NCBI GenBank assembly: GCA_016788215.1
Contig: JAEUSJ010000002.1
Span: 1-40,802, forward strand
Origin: a bacterium
GTDB taxonomy: Bacteria; CLD3; SB21
DNA: 40,802 bases
Direction: 5' to 3'
A model generated the notes under the pieces. The model ran no database searches. It was not told where the DNA came from and worked only from the letters and a program-made list of their open reading frames with translations. The translations under genes were made by a program, and so were the position numbers. Shown here one piece after another: positions 11,993 to 20,655 of this stretch. The stretch's first letter is position 1. The number at the start of each line of letters is the position of its first letter.

Positions 11993-13612
11993 CTAGTTTT
12001 TTATTGTTCCCGCGTCCGTGTCGTCGCCGATCTCAATCTTAGTGGTACTTTCTCCCGCTTTGATCATTGCTTCGCGCCGTTCAAGTTCTGCCAGCCCTTT
12101 CCTCGCCTGCTGATTGTTCGGGTTGGACTTGAGCAGTTGTGCCCATATCTTCTTTGAACTGGCAAAATCCTCTTTCCACATGTAAACATAACCCAGATTG
12201 TGATAAGCGTCAAAATAATCACGTTTTATCTGAATGGCAATGAAAAGATGTTTCAGGGCATCATCATATTTATGTAAAGTACCCAGCATATAGCCCAAAT
12301 TGTTATGCGCCTGAGGATTGTACGGGTTGATCTCTATCGCTTTTTCAATTACCGTAACGGCACTGTCCGTATGGCCGCTGTAAAAATAGGCTACGCCTAA
12401 ATTATTATAGGCATCATCATAGGTTCGATCTTCGCTGATGATCTTTTTCAACTGCGCGATCTTGTCCGGGCTGTTTTCTGATTTTACAGCGGCCTGCATC
12501 ATCGTAAAAGCGGTAACTTTTCGTTCTCCGCTGATGATCTTTTTTACATGGGTGATGTTGCGGCGTGTGCCGTCCAGATTCGGGTCAAAGCTTAACGCTT
12601 TCTCAAAAAGCAATATCGCTTTTTGATAATATTCATCCGCTTTGACCTTGTCATTGTTCACGGCAAATGCGTTTCCCATCGTAAAATAAATATACCCCAA
12701 ATTGTTGTGCGCCTTGGGATGGCGAGGACTTATTGAGATTGCTTTTTCATTGAATGAAACCGCATGTTCAAAATCGCGCCGGGCAAAATACACGCTGCCC
12801 AACTCCGTATAGCCATCCGCTAACATGGGGTTCAACTCGATGCATGTATTCAAGTAAACCAAAGCCTGATCGTATTCTAATTTTTCGATGAAAGCCTTGC
12901 CGAGAAAGAAATAGATCTTGTAATTTGCCGATGTGTCGGATTCAAGATACTCGGCCGCCGTTTTAAAATGTTCTATGGCTCTGTCATACCATTCTATATT
13001 AAAGTCGCTAAGCCCTGCTTCATAGGCCTGGGAACCGATCGTGTAACCGACCCAATACGTTGCATCCGAATCGCCGGGCGCTAAGGCCAAAACGTTTTGA
13101 AATGACGTAATTGCCTTATCATAATCCCCTTTCGTGAAATATAATAATCCGAGGCTATGATGCGCGTCGATTAATAGCGAGTCAGTACTAATCGCCAGTC
13201 TAAGTTCAATTTCCGCTTTGCCGTATTCAGCCTTTTGGAAAAAAATATTACCTAGAACAAAATGCGCCTCGCAGGCCAACGATTTATCGTTCCCTGCTTT
13301 TTCTGCGATTTTGATCCACACCGGCAAGGCTTCATCAAAATTCTCTGCTATATATAACGAATCTCCTACCTCCTTCAAGACCATGAGATCGGCGTCTATG
13401 GCGATTCCCGCGCGTTTGATCTCTTCGTTTTTAGATCGTATTAACGCCGAGTCATTTACTGACGTACGGTCATTTCTAAGGGAGTCCTTAGAGGTTACGA
13501 TGGTCTCTATTGGTTTGCGGTCAGCGATAGTAGTTTGTTTTGCGGCACAACCCGAGAAAAGCAAAATCGCAATGGAGACGGCAATCCGGTTATTTAAGCA
13601 ACTAATTCTCAT
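11993..13612 (-). CDS. Tetratricopeptide (TPR) repeat lipoprotein
   Basis: 539 aa. The signal peptide has a lipobox (LLFSGCAAK). There are many TPR-like units (AHHSLGLLYFTKGDYDKAI, AHNNLGYIYFTMGN, AYNNLGVAYFYSGHTDSAV, AHNNLGYMLGTLHKYDDAL, AYHNLGYVYMWKEDF). Confidence 0.8.
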   Translation of the reverse strand: MRISCLNNRIAVSIAILLFSGCAAKQTTIADRKPIETIVTSKDSLRNDRTSVNDSALIRSKNEEIKRAGIAIDADLMVLKEVGDSLYIAENFDEALPVWIKIAEKAGNDKSLACEAHFVLGNIFFQKAEYGKAEIELRLAISTDSLLIDAHHSLGLLYFTKGDYDKAITSFQNVLALAPGDSDATYWVGYTIGSQAYEAGLSDFNIEWYDRAIEHFKTAAEYLESDTSANYKIYFFLGKAFIEKLEYDQALVYLNTCIELNPMLADGYTELGSVYFARRDFEHAVSFNEKAISISPRHPKAHNNLGYIYFTMGNAFAVNNDKVKADEYYQKAILLFEKALSFDPNLDGTRRNITHVKKIISGERKVTAFTMMQAAVKSENSPDKIAQLKKIISEDRTYDDAYNNLGVAYFYSGHTDSAVTVIEKAIEINPYNPQAHNNLGYMLGTLHKYDDALKHLFIAIQIKRDYFDAYHNLGYVYMWKEDFASSKKIWAQLLKSNPNNQQARKGLAELERREAMIKAGESTTKIEIGDDTDAGTIKN

Positions 13613-13633
13613 GCAAAAACCTCCTGAGGGATA

Positions 13634-14047
13634 TTACGGGTTATTTTCAAAATCATTTTTATCTAATGTTCGTTTTGCTTTTTCGGGATCAAGCGCGAGG
13701 GTTTTAGCCGGCATTAAATTATTTTCGAAATTTTTTCCTATGACCGACTCCTCATCCAATACTTTGAAAGCGACATTACCGATTTTCACTTCGTCTGTGT
13801 AATTCAGTTCATAATAAAAATTGTCTTGAACTTTTTCCCCATTCACATGGGTTCCATTCGTGCTTTGCAGGTCTGTAATATACATCGTGCTTTTTTTCCA
13901 TTTAATGACCGCGTGATGCCTCGATACCGAGACGTCGTCAACGTGAATAGTGTTATCAAAAGCACGCCCAAACGAAATTTCCTGCCCTTCTTCAATACGG
14001 AAATTTCTGCCGTTAACCTGCTGATATAAATAATACACCCGTTTCAT
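13634..14047 (-). CDS. FHA domain-containing protein
   Basis: 137 aa. FHA core: ISFGRAFDNTIHVDDVSVSRHHAVIKWKKSTMYITDLQSTNGTHVNGEKV. Confidence 0.85.
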   Translation of the reverse strand: MKRVYYLYQQVNGRNFRIEEGQEISFGRAFDNTIHVDDVSVSRHHAVIKWKKSTMYITDLQSTNGTHVNGEKVQDNFYYELNYTDEVKIGNVAFKVLDEESVIGKNFENNLMPAKTLALDPEKAKRTLDKNDFENNP

Positions 14048-14068
14048 ATACGATTCCTTTCAAAAAAG

Positions 14069-15808
14069 CTAATCCTTAAAACGCAGTAGGATGTTTGATG
14101 TTTCCCAATTGGGCCGAATGACCACCGTATCAGCATAACTTGTAAATCGTTCAGAAAAAATTATTGGACTAACGCGCCCGTAACTGTAGATACCATTGCC
14201 GTCCTCATCTCTAAAGGCAACGACGCTGTAGCGGCCCGGAACGAGATAGTTCAGATTAAAAACGCCGGTTTTGTCAATCCGAACGGTATAATCCCGCATG
14301 CCGCGATTCAGATTACGGCAGGTAATGTAGTACGCTCCTGCTTTGACGGAATCGTCATCCGCAACAATCCCGGAAACAAAGCCGAGACTGTCCGTTTTAA
14401 ATGTAGTAACAAAGTACTTTATTACCGTATCTCCAAGCACTTTTCCAGACCAATCCTTCACAGAATCCGCAATGATATCTATTGTATAAGCCATCCGGCT
14501 TTGCAGCAATACCGCCGGCTGAAACTCTACTTGAGCGGAATGAGCCCACTTAAATAAACCGTTCACCTGATTTCCTGAACTATCCCGCATCCGGAAATAT
14601 TTTTCAAATGAAGCCCTATGAACGCCATTTGAAAATCGAAATCCGAAAACATCATTCGCCATTACTATACCGTCCTTAGTCTGCGGGCTGAACATCTCTG
14701 AGTCAATTTTGATGTTGGAACTATCATCTCCGCCTTCAAAACTCATGTCACCTGAAACTATCTCTTCTCCGCTTTGTGAAAATAAATTCCGGACCGACAA
14801 AACATGCCGTCGTTGGATATTTCTAGGTACGGTCAAAATTTTTATTTCGTTTAATTTCACCGGATTCAGGTACATATCTCTGATCGGAATCTCTGTTCCG
14901 CTCACACTGTCGGTCATCCTGAAATGATTTTTTAGACCTTCAAACCGGCTTCCGTTTTCAAAATAGAGTTCCGTCATCAGCGATTTTGAAAAACCGACAA
15001 CGACCAAACTCCGGTCTACAGGAACGACGGTTTGAAGCGTAAATTTTGCCGTGTCCTCCTGAAATATCATGAAATCACTACCGGTTGCCTCAAGTTTGGC
15101 CGGTTCGACCGTAACGTCTTTAAACGTCAACCCTATGTAATCCGAAGACGGCGTATATAAATAATCTGCGTCGAGATCTGCGACAGCGTATACCCGATAT
15201 TTTCCCGGCGATAAATACGATAATTTGTATTTGCCTCCGGCTCCAACCTGGGTTATATAATCTGCACGTTTGATGCAAACCAGACTGTCCTCATTTGCCT
15301 GTCCACTCAGTCTGTATGACCATATCGATATTCCCTTTGTATTTTCTGCTATGACGCGGCCATTTATAGAACCTCGGTCTATGGAATCGCCGGTCGAAAA
15401 AGCAAAACTATGGGCTTGTTGAAGCGCATTTGCATGAATATCCTTTCCATCCGTACCCAGCGTGACTACAAAGGTCTTGTTGCTTTCCAGTGAATCCTCG
15501 AGTTCAATCTTCATTACATTCTTTTTCCAGCTGAACTTGATCTCACCGGCCGGATGCGGCGACAGATAAACGGCATTTTCAACCGTTTCGTGATTCATTT
15601 TTTCACTGAATGCAACAAAAATATCCACTTTTCTGGAAACTCTTACCGAATCATTTGCCGGAATTGTCCATATAACTTCCGGCGCCTCCTTATCTTCAGG
15701 GCCTCCGCCCGGAGGCTGCATGCTGGCGCAACCCCACGCGAAAAGCAGAATTGTCAGGATGATAAGATGATTGCGGCTAATTACCATAGAAAGTTTACTT
15801 AGTTTCAA
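14069..15808 (-). CDS. Ig-like (SbsA/Big_5-type) domain lipoprotein
   Basis: 579 aa. It has a TTG start, with an alternative ATG at 15787. Lipobox: LLFAWGCAS. The N-terminal segment DKEAPEVIWTIPANDSVRVSRKVDIFVAFSEKMNHETVENAVYLSP resembles SbsA-type Ig domains, and the rest looks beta-rich. Confidence 0.65.
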   Translation of the reverse strand: MKLSKLSMVISRNHLIILTILLFAWGCASMQPPGGGPEDKEAPEVIWTIPANDSVRVSRKVDIFVAFSEKMNHETVENAVYLSPHPAGEIKFSWKKNVMKIELEDSLESNKTFVVTLGTDGKDIHANALQQAHSFAFSTGDSIDRGSINGRVIAENTKGISIWSYRLSGQANEDSLVCIKRADYITQVGAGGKYKLSYLSPGKYRVYAVADLDADYLYTPSSDYIGLTFKDVTVEPAKLEATGSDFMIFQEDTAKFTLQTVVPVDRSLVVVGFSKSLMTELYFENGSRFEGLKNHFRMTDSVSGTEIPIRDMYLNPVKLNEIKILTVPRNIQRRHVLSVRNLFSQSGEEIVSGDMSFEGGDDSSNIKIDSEMFSPQTKDGIVMANDVFGFRFSNGVHRASFEKYFRMRDSSGNQVNGLFKWAHSAQVEFQPAVLLQSRMAYTIDIIADSVKDWSGKVLGDTVIKYFVTTFKTDSLGFVSGIVADDDSVKAGAYYITCRNLNRGMRDYTVRIDKTGVFNLNYLVPGRYSVVAFRDEDGNGIYSYGRVSPIIFSERFTSYADTVVIRPNWETSNILLRFKD

Positions 15809-15918
15809 TAAATAACAAACTCATCGATTTTGTGATAGGCCTTAATTACCTCAGATACTTTCTTTGAATAATCTCAACTTGCAACATGGCTCAAGCAATA
15901 GTGCACCAAAGTCCACAG

Positions 15919-15973
15919 AATATAAAATGAAACCCCGTGACAGGACATCCCATACGTCTCCACCACGGGGTTT
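15919..15973 (-). terminator. Putative Rho-independent terminator downstream of the 15995-16687 gene
   Basis: A perfect 10-bp stem, AAACCCCGTG (15930-15939) with CACGGGGTTT (15964-15973). The 24-nt loop has possible internal GGAC/GTC(T)C pairing. On the minus strand it is followed by CATTTTATATT. It lies 21 nt after the TAG stop. Confidence 0.5.
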
Positions 15974-15994
15974 AATCAATAAGATTGAATCGAT

Positions 15995-16687
15995 CTAAAA
16001 AGAAATGTTTAGTCCTTCAATCACAGTAGACGGATGCGGATTATCAGGATTATCTAAAGCATCAAACGCTTCCAGATGATTGACATCTATTACCTCAAGC
16101 CGATAGGAAGCATCCTTTAAACCGGTTATCGTCGCTTCATAATAATCAGCGCGAAGTACAAACTCGGTGACTTTGGATGTCGTCGACACGACTTTTTTCC
16201 CGACAATTTCCGTTAATCTGCATTTGAGCGAGGCCGTTTTAACCAAATTATCACGGTGATCCGTAACACGCACGTAAAGAGGCATCGTCTTATTCTGCCA
16301 GTCAATGCTATTTACCGACTTTTCTTCCATTACCGTTATTGTAGGAGCAACCACGGTGATATTGGTCTTTCCGATCTTATTAAATTTTCCGTCTAATACG
16401 TCGATTTCAACCTCGCCTGGAAAAGGGCTTGTAAAAGTAGCCTGGCTGACACTGCCTTCAGTTGATTGAACCGTCTTAAAATCACTGAAATTTCCGCCGC
16501 CCTTCCGGGAAACACAATTCAGATTAGCCTCCCCCTTTGACGGTGAAACGATGATTTTCGCTTCCTGATCGCCAGCCAAAATCGTGTCCTGATCCACTTT
16601 AACCGTAAATTGGGCTTCTACCTGATGGTTACTAATGAACAGCAGGCATGTTGCCGCTATAAAAACGAAACAAGCTCTTTTGACCAT
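15995..16687 (-). CDS. Secreted hypothetical protein, probably two Ig-like beta-sandwich domains
   Basis: 230 aa. Signal peptide: MVKRACFVFIAATCLLFISNHQVEAQ. The beta-strand-rich sequence resembles Big/invasin-like domains (ATFTSPFPGEVEIDVLDGKFNKIGKTNITVVAPTITV). Confidence 0.6.
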   Translation of the reverse strand: MVKRACFVFIAATCLLFISNHQVEAQFTVKVDQDTILAGDQEAKIIVSPSKGEANLNCVSRKGGGNFSDFKTVQSTEGSVSQATFTSPFPGEVEIDVLDGKFNKIGKTNITVVAPTITVMEEKSVNSIDWQNKTMPLYVRVTDHRDNLVKTASLKCRLTEIVGKKVVSTTSKVTEFVLRADYYEATITGLKDASYRLEVIDVNHLEAFDALDNPDNPHPSTVIEGLNISF

Positions 16688-16815
16688 AGGATTTATCCTT
16701 CAGTGAAATATGAAATGCTAATTAAAGTATTAATTAATATGAATGATAGTGTATTTTCTTTTATTTTTCAACACAAAATTATGGTATTGTACAATTTATG
16801 AGCAGGACATTTTTA

Positions 16816-16844
16816 TTGATTTTTAAGGTTTTAAAAAATATATT
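16816..16844 (+). promoter_or_regulatory. Candidate sigma70-like promoter for the 16891-20574 operon
   Basis: TTGATT (16816-16821), a 17-nt spacer, then TATATT (16839-16844), about 47 nt upstream of the ATG at 16891. It lies in a very AT-rich 203-bp divergent intergenic region, so a chance match is plausible. Confidence 0.3.
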
Positions 16845-16890
16845 GTTCAAATCTATGGGGAACCACATCCACGAAATTTGATTTAATCGA

Positions 16891-17838
16891 ATGGAAGTAA
16901 AGATTCACGATGCCGTTTTGCCTGAAGTCGTGCAGAAAATTTCGGGCGGTGAAACAGGCAATTTTCAGAAAAGTTTCGAACTCGATCCGAGGCTTTTTGA
17001 CGATGACAAAATAAACAGAATCAAAAGCCGATTTCATATCTATAAGGAATACGATTCTTTTATAGAGGAACTGAATTATGATCAGCTTAGAAACTTTCTT
17101 GAAGCGCTGATTCGGACTGCCGTCGCTTACTACAGCGAGGCGCTTAATATTTCAGCCAACGAGAAGGATATACGCAATAAATTTGAAAATTTATTGGATT
17201 ATAAGGAACGAACCGGTTGTTCCGAGTCGATTGAAGCATGTTTGAATGAGGGTTGTTTTCAGTTGGACTCCCGGTGTGCGATCCGCAAGATCAAAGAAGA
17301 TATCCTGACCGTTGCGCAGATATTTGAGTCTAGAAAAAACCGGAGCCACATACCGCACGTCGCTATCGAATTATTTTTTAAGAAGATCATAGAAAAGCAC
17401 AACAGCATCGGGCTTATTTTATCGGATAAATTCGGATCCCCAAAAGTTTTTACGACGGATGGAAGCGCTATTTCACCGATTATATCTGAGGGCATTCGAC
17501 GACTCTCGGACGCCATCACCGAACATGAGTTTCGATTTGCGCAATTTGGAGAGCCTTTTCTGGCTTTTAACCAGCGTTTTCCTCTGGACGAAGAACTGGC
17601 AAGCAAACTAGAGGCCGTTGAAAAAAATCCTGAACTGACAAAGTATATCAAGAAAGTGACATTCAGCAGTGTCGGCTTTGAAATCGCCCATGAAAAAATG
17701 ATATTGTCCATCATCTATCTTGGCGATAACGTCCTGACCAAGTACTTAAAACACGTGATCGGCGGTATTGAACGCATTAAAATTGAAACCGACCCGGAAG
17801 CAAGAATCCGGTCCGGCTTCGGCAAAAACGCAGAATAA
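16891..17838 (+). CDS. Hypothetical cytoplasmic protein with a C-x6-C-x4-C-x6-C cluster
   Basis: 315 aa with no signal peptide or TM segment. The Cys cluster is CSESIEACLNEGCFQLDSRC (nt 17218-17277). An 18-nt gap to yggS suggests co-transcription. I recognised no family. Confidence 0.6.
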   Translation: MEVKIHDAVLPEVVQKISGGETGNFQKSFELDPRLFDDDKINRIKSRFHIYKEYDSFIEELNYDQLRNFLEALIRTAVAYYSEALNISANEKDIRNKFENLLDYKERTGCSESIEACLNEGCFQLDSRCAIRKIKEDILTVAQIFESRKNRSHIPHVAIELFFKKIIEKHNSIGLILSDKFGSPKVFTTDGSAISPIISEGIRRLSDAITEHEFRFAQFGEPFLAFNQRFPLDEELASKLEAVEKNPELTKYIKKVTFSSVGFEIAHEKMILSIIYLGDNVLTKYLKHVIGGIERIKIETDPEARIRSGFGKNAE

Positions 17839-17856
17839 AATACAGGATACCTTATA

Positions 17857-18639
17857 ATGGAATCTAATATAAATTCTACCCGGTATAGAGTACACGCGAC
17901 TATTCAGCGTATTAAGGATGCATGCAAACGCTTCGGAAGAAATCCGGAAGACATCCAATTGATAGCGGTTTCTAAAACCTACGGTGTGGAAGAGATCAAA
18001 GAAGCTCTAAATGCAGGCATTCATCACATCGGAGAAAATAAAGTACAGGAAGCAAAAGAAAAACTGCCCATACTGCAGAAAGATAAGAATCTGTCCCACG
18101 TTGAATGGCACTATATCGGACACTTGCAAACCAACAAGGTTCGGCAAGCCGTCGACCTTTTTAACATCATACATTCCGTGGATTCATTGAGGCTTGCCGC
18201 AGAAATTGATCGAAGGTCCTATACTAAAGACAAAATTATGCCGGTTTTACTTCAGGTCAATACTTCACGCGAAAAATCAAAGTATGGTATCGACCCCGAT
18301 GATACACTCGAATTGGTCAAACAAGTTTCGGAACTTAAGAACCTGAAGATCAAAGGACTCATGACTATTGGAGCACTGACTGCAGCCACAGCAAACGATA
18401 CTGTTAAGATCCGCTCGTATTTCAGAAAATTACGGGAATTGAAGGAATTTATAGCAGATCAGAATATTCCGAACGTGGACATGCACTGCCTCTCCATGGG
18501 AATGAGCAATGATTTTGAGATTGCTATCGAAGAAGGCGCGACGCATCTTCGTATCGGAACGGCTATTTTCGGAAAGCGCAAGCGTGCAGTTAAGAGTTTG
18601 TTAACGGCCGCTTCTAACCCAATGGAGGAAAAATCGTGA
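17857..18639 (+). CDS. yggS: YggS-family pyridoxal-phosphate homeostasis protein
   Basis: 260 aa. It has LIAVSKT (PLP-binding Lys), [49 protein letters not shown]. The C-terminal tail is about 25 aa longer than usual. Confidence 0.9.
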   Translation: MESNINSTRYRVHATIQRIKDACKRFGRNPEDIQLIAVSKTYGVEEIKEALNAGIHHIGENKVQEAKEKLPILQKDKNLSHVEWHYIGHLQTNKVRQAVDLFNIIHSVDSLRLAAEIDRRSYTKDKIMPVLLQVNTSREKSKYGIDPDDTLELVKQVSELKNLKIKGLMTIGALTAATANDTVKIRSYFRKLRELKEFIADQNIPNVDMHCLSMGMSNDFEIAIEEGATHLRIGTAIFGKRKRAVKSLLTAASNPMEEKS

Positions 18640-19550
18640 GACTGGAACTGACCGATATATTGCATCAGGAGTTCAAGCGTGCGTTCCGTGGTTATAACCG
18701 CCACGAGGTATCTGCTTTTCTAGAGGTTGTGGCAGAGAATTATACCGAATTAAATAATGAAAATGCCGCTCTCCTGCAGAAAATCAAACTCGTTGAAACT
18801 GAAATGGAACAATTAAGAATTCAACTCAATGAAAACGAAAAAATGCTCCAGAGCTATAAACATGAAATGGCGAAGGTGGAGCGCCTGATGGATTCAAATA
18901 TTGACGCCGACTTCATCCTCCAAAAAGCCAAGTCTGAAGCGGAACACATCATTACAGAATCCAAAAAACAGGCTGACCGGATCGCCTCGGAAACAAAATT
19001 CCTGCTTGACCAACGCGCAAAAGTGGCCGCCCATTTACGGGAATATCTAAAGTCGCAGATGGCTCTGCTTGGAATCATTGCGGACAGCGAGGAAACGCCG
19101 CGTGCGGACTCCGGCACAGACGTAAATATCGACACCGTAACGGATGCAAGGGAAACTGATTCCGTCAATTCAAATAATTCACCAGCGGAAAATGCTGTGA
19201 ACGAGATACCCTTAGAAACGACACAAGTGGATGGTATTGATAGTTTTCTCAGCGATGTTGAGCTCGACGATATTCCCCAGGAACTCGCCCATGCGCTGAG
19301 CCGTTACAAGGATAACGAGGAACCCCGCATAATCGATCCTGAAGCTCAGGCAAAGATGCAGCAAATGCTCGACGATCTCGATGCCATATCGGAACACGCG
19401 ACGGGAATGTTCAAGAAGGCGGATTTCCACAAAATGCTCGGCGATGATATTCACACTCGTTCGGAGGAAATGATCAATCAGATCTATGCCGAACTTGAAA
19501 AGAAAAAATCATTACAAAAAGATAACTCCAATCCCGAGGAAAAACCATGA
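18636..19550 (+). CDS. divIVA: DivIVA domain-containing protein
   Basis: 304 aa. GTG start in a GTGA overlap with the yggS stop. The N-terminal DivIVA signature is [32 protein letters not shown], followed by a coiled coil, an acidic low-complexity centre and a conserved C-terminal module. Confidence 0.85.
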   Translation: MRLELTDILHQEFKRAFRGYNRHEVSAFLEVVAENYTELNNENAALLQKIKLVETEMEQLRIQLNENEKMLQSYKHEMAKVERLMDSNIDADFILQKAKSEAEHIITESKKQADRIASETKFLLDQRAKVAAHLREYLKSQMALLGIIADSEETPRADSGTDVNIDTVTDARETDSVNSNNSPAENAVNEIPLETTQVDGIDSFLSDVELDDIPQELAHALSRYKDNEEPRIIDPEAQAKMQQMLDDLDAISEHATGMFKKADFHKMLGDDIHTRSEEMINQIYAELEKKKSLQKDNSNPEEKP

Positions 19551-19753
19551 GCGAAAACGACAAAAAAGACGATGAGAAAAAAGACGACAAAAAGAAAGCC
19601 ATTGAAGACCTGGATAGCCTAAGTACAAATCCGACCGGCATATTTAAGAAAGCTGATTTTGACAAGATGCTGGGAGAATACGCCAAGAAAAAACCGGAAG
19701 ATATGATCGACGACATCTACGAGGAACTAGAAAAAAAGAAATCGGAGAAAAAA
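19368..19753 (+). repeat. Tandem duplicated coding module (about 51 codons x2) spanning the divIVA 3' end and the mini-ORF
   Basis: Copy A at 19368-19520 is [51 protein letters not shown]. Copy B at 19601-19753 is IEDLDSLSTNPTGIFKKADFDKMLGEYAKKKPEDMIDDIYEELEKKKSEKK. I estimate roughly 55-60 percent amino-acid identity by eye. Confidence 0.75.
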
Positions 19754-19756
19754 TGA
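19547..19756 (+). CDS. Small charged protein (69 aa), paralogous to the C-terminal module of the preceding DivIVA protein
   Basis: ATGA overlaps at both ends (19547-19550 and 19753-19756). Residues 19-69 (IEDLDSLSTNPTGIFKKADFDKMLGEYAKKKPEDMIDDIYEELEKKKSEKK) align without gaps to DivIVA residues 245-295. Confidence 0.6.
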   Translation: MSENDKKDDEKKDDKKKAIEDLDSLSTNPTGIFKKADFDKMLGEYAKKKPEDMIDDIYEELEKKKSEKK

Positions 19757-20574
19757 ATAGCTATCTGGATCAAATTCAAGAAGCCGTTCTATCGATACGA
19801 AAAAAAACGAAAATGGAAACCCCCGTTGGCATAATCCTTGGAACGGGACTGGGCGGGTTGGCGCTGGATATTCAAAAAGAAACTGAAATTTCATATACCG
19901 ATATTCCCCACTTCCCGCTTTCTACCGTTGAGAGCCATGCCGGAAAATTAATTTTTGGCAAACTCGGCGGAAAAAACGTAGTGGCCATGCAGGGACGATT
20001 TCATTTCTATGAAGGCTACTCCATGCAGCAAATCACATTTCCCGTTCGAGTAATGAAATTTTTGGGAGTTAAAACGCTTTTAGTTTCCAATGCGTGCGGG
20101 GGGATGAATCCCCAATATGTGGCCGGTGATATCATGATCATGGACGACCATATCAATTTGCTTGGCGATAATCCGCTGCGCGGTAAGAACGAAGACAGCC
20201 TCGGACCGCGTTTCCCGGATATGAGCGAACCGTATTCAAAAAAACTTAGCGCGATGGCGGAACAAATTGCGCTTGAAGAAAAAATTAAAGTTCAGCGCGG
20301 CGTTTATGTTGCCGTGATGGGTCCCAATCTGGAAACACGTGCGGAATACCGATTTCTGCGGTATATCGGAGCGGATGTGGTCGGCATGTCTACGATTCCT
20401 GAAGTTATTGTCGCGAACCACATGGGCATTGCTTGTTTAGGTTTTTCCATTGTCACCGATGAATGCTTTCCCGATTCACTACAACCCGTTGATATTAAGA
20501 AAATTCTTAAAACAGCCGGTGAGACAGAGCCAAAAATGACGGCGATCATGAAGAGAGTTGTTGAGAAATTGTGA
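19753..20574 (+). CDS. punA: Purine nucleoside phosphorylase (trimeric PNP-I / PunA type)
   Basis: 273 aa. It has GIILGTGLGGLA, ESHAGKLIFGKLGGKNVVAMQGRFHFYEG, SNACGG, GPNLETRAE and VGMSTIPEVIVANH. Confidence 0.9.
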   Translation: MNSYLDQIQEAVLSIRKKTKMETPVGIILGTGLGGLALDIQKETEISYTDIPHFPLSTVESHAGKLIFGKLGGKNVVAMQGRFHFYEGYSMQQITFPVRVMKFLGVKTLLVSNACGGMNPQYVAGDIMIMDDHINLLGDNPLRGKNEDSLGPRFPDMSEPYSKKLSAMAEQIALEEKIKVQRGVYVAVMGPNLETRAEYRFLRYIGADVVGMSTIPEVIVANHMGIACLGFSIVTDECFPDSLQPVDIKKILKTAGETEPKMTAIMKRVVEKL

Positions 20575-20655
20575 TTTCTGATTTTATTCTTAGCAGATAC
20601 TGATTTGGATAAGTTAACAACATTGGTACGGTCTCTATAAAAAGGAAAGGATGAT

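Noticed and set aside
13218-13802. 194-aa plus-strand ORF spanning the TPR/FHA gene junction
   Set aside because: It is antisense to two confidently called genes and crosses their intergenic spacer. It has no start context or motifs.
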